A stretch of 64,000 nucleotides of DNA, from NCBI GenBank assembly GCA_013115145.1, contig JAAPAO010000010.1:87611-151610 (forward strand), in the 5' to 3' direction. The notes beneath the pieces are model-generated. The model was not told the DNA's origin and made no database searches. It was given only the letters and a program-made list of their open reading frames with translations. The DNA comes from Perkinsus chesapeaki ATCC PRA-425. Its lineage: Eukaryota; Protista; Perkinsozoa. Below are positions 63,501-64,000 of the stretch, piece by piece. How positions within the stretch are numbered: position 1 is the stretch's first letter; each line of letters starts with the position of its first letter. Made by a program: the position numbers and the translations under genes.

Positions 63501-64000
63501 GCAGCTTATCCTAAGCTCATCTTTTGCAAAAAAAATCGACCCGTTGGGACATCTGCTTGTTAGGATTGATCCCTAATGCGCTTGTCCGGAGGGAGTGCTG
63601 CAACCGATCCCTACGAGTTGCAGCATCATTATATGATGCTACACGTCGTATGCATCGTATGATGGTCATATACGATTGAGTTGTGCGCATGAGTGTTGTC
63701 AGACATTAGGACATTCCTAGCGTTTACAAGTATTCAATGTTCGTACAGTAGCTAATCCGAGTTTAGGAAGTTTCTACTGTGAAGTCCATATTATAAATTT
63801 CCACTCTCATCGATTTCCTGAATTCATCCGAGCCTCCCATTTTGGTAACACTCTGACTCGGAAGTCTTGCCATAAAGCTTTCGTGAGATCGAAGTCTGCG
63901 GCGCAGACACGGCGCTACACCGGCCACTGTGACGAGGTGGCGCTGTTGACGGCTGATGTCATACTGTGCAACGAAACACACAACAACTTGAGCCAAATAG

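Noticed and set aside
63986-64000. Relict spliced-leader fragment (TTTGGCTCAAG on the minus strand)
   Set aside because: Only a 10-11 nt match, truncated by the window edge. Similar 10-nt matches occur inside coding DNA near 12 and near 11545, so chance is likely.

Overview
Eukaryotic, gene-dense, intron-rich DNA with mostly short GT-AG introns. Gene style and content suggest a Perkinsus-like alveolate (inference). Recognisable genes are an RCC1-repeat protein, NTF2, a Rab8/Sec4-like GTPase, a C2-domain protein, tRNA-Arg(ACG), tRNA-Ser(AGA), an SLC35C1-like nucleotide-sugar transporter, a USP deubiquitinase, a C10-like protein, two tandem sterol C24-methyltransferases, CDC73, a RanBP2-zinc-finger polyQ protein, SPAG6/PF16, a PP2C phosphatase and a PPIL4/CYP59 cyclophilin. 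There are also two tandem secreted GH18-like proteins and a DFSGI-repeat mucin-like membrane protein. The most notable structure is a fully delimited 2626-bp Chapaev-type DNA transposon (211-bp TIRs, CACAG termini, ATAC target-site duplication, RAG1-like N-terminal zinc module). It lies antisense inside the last intron of the transporter gene. Both tandem gene pairs show sharply bounded near-identical tracts suggestive of gene conversion. Exon boundaries were read by eye, and gene ends marked approximate are uncertain.
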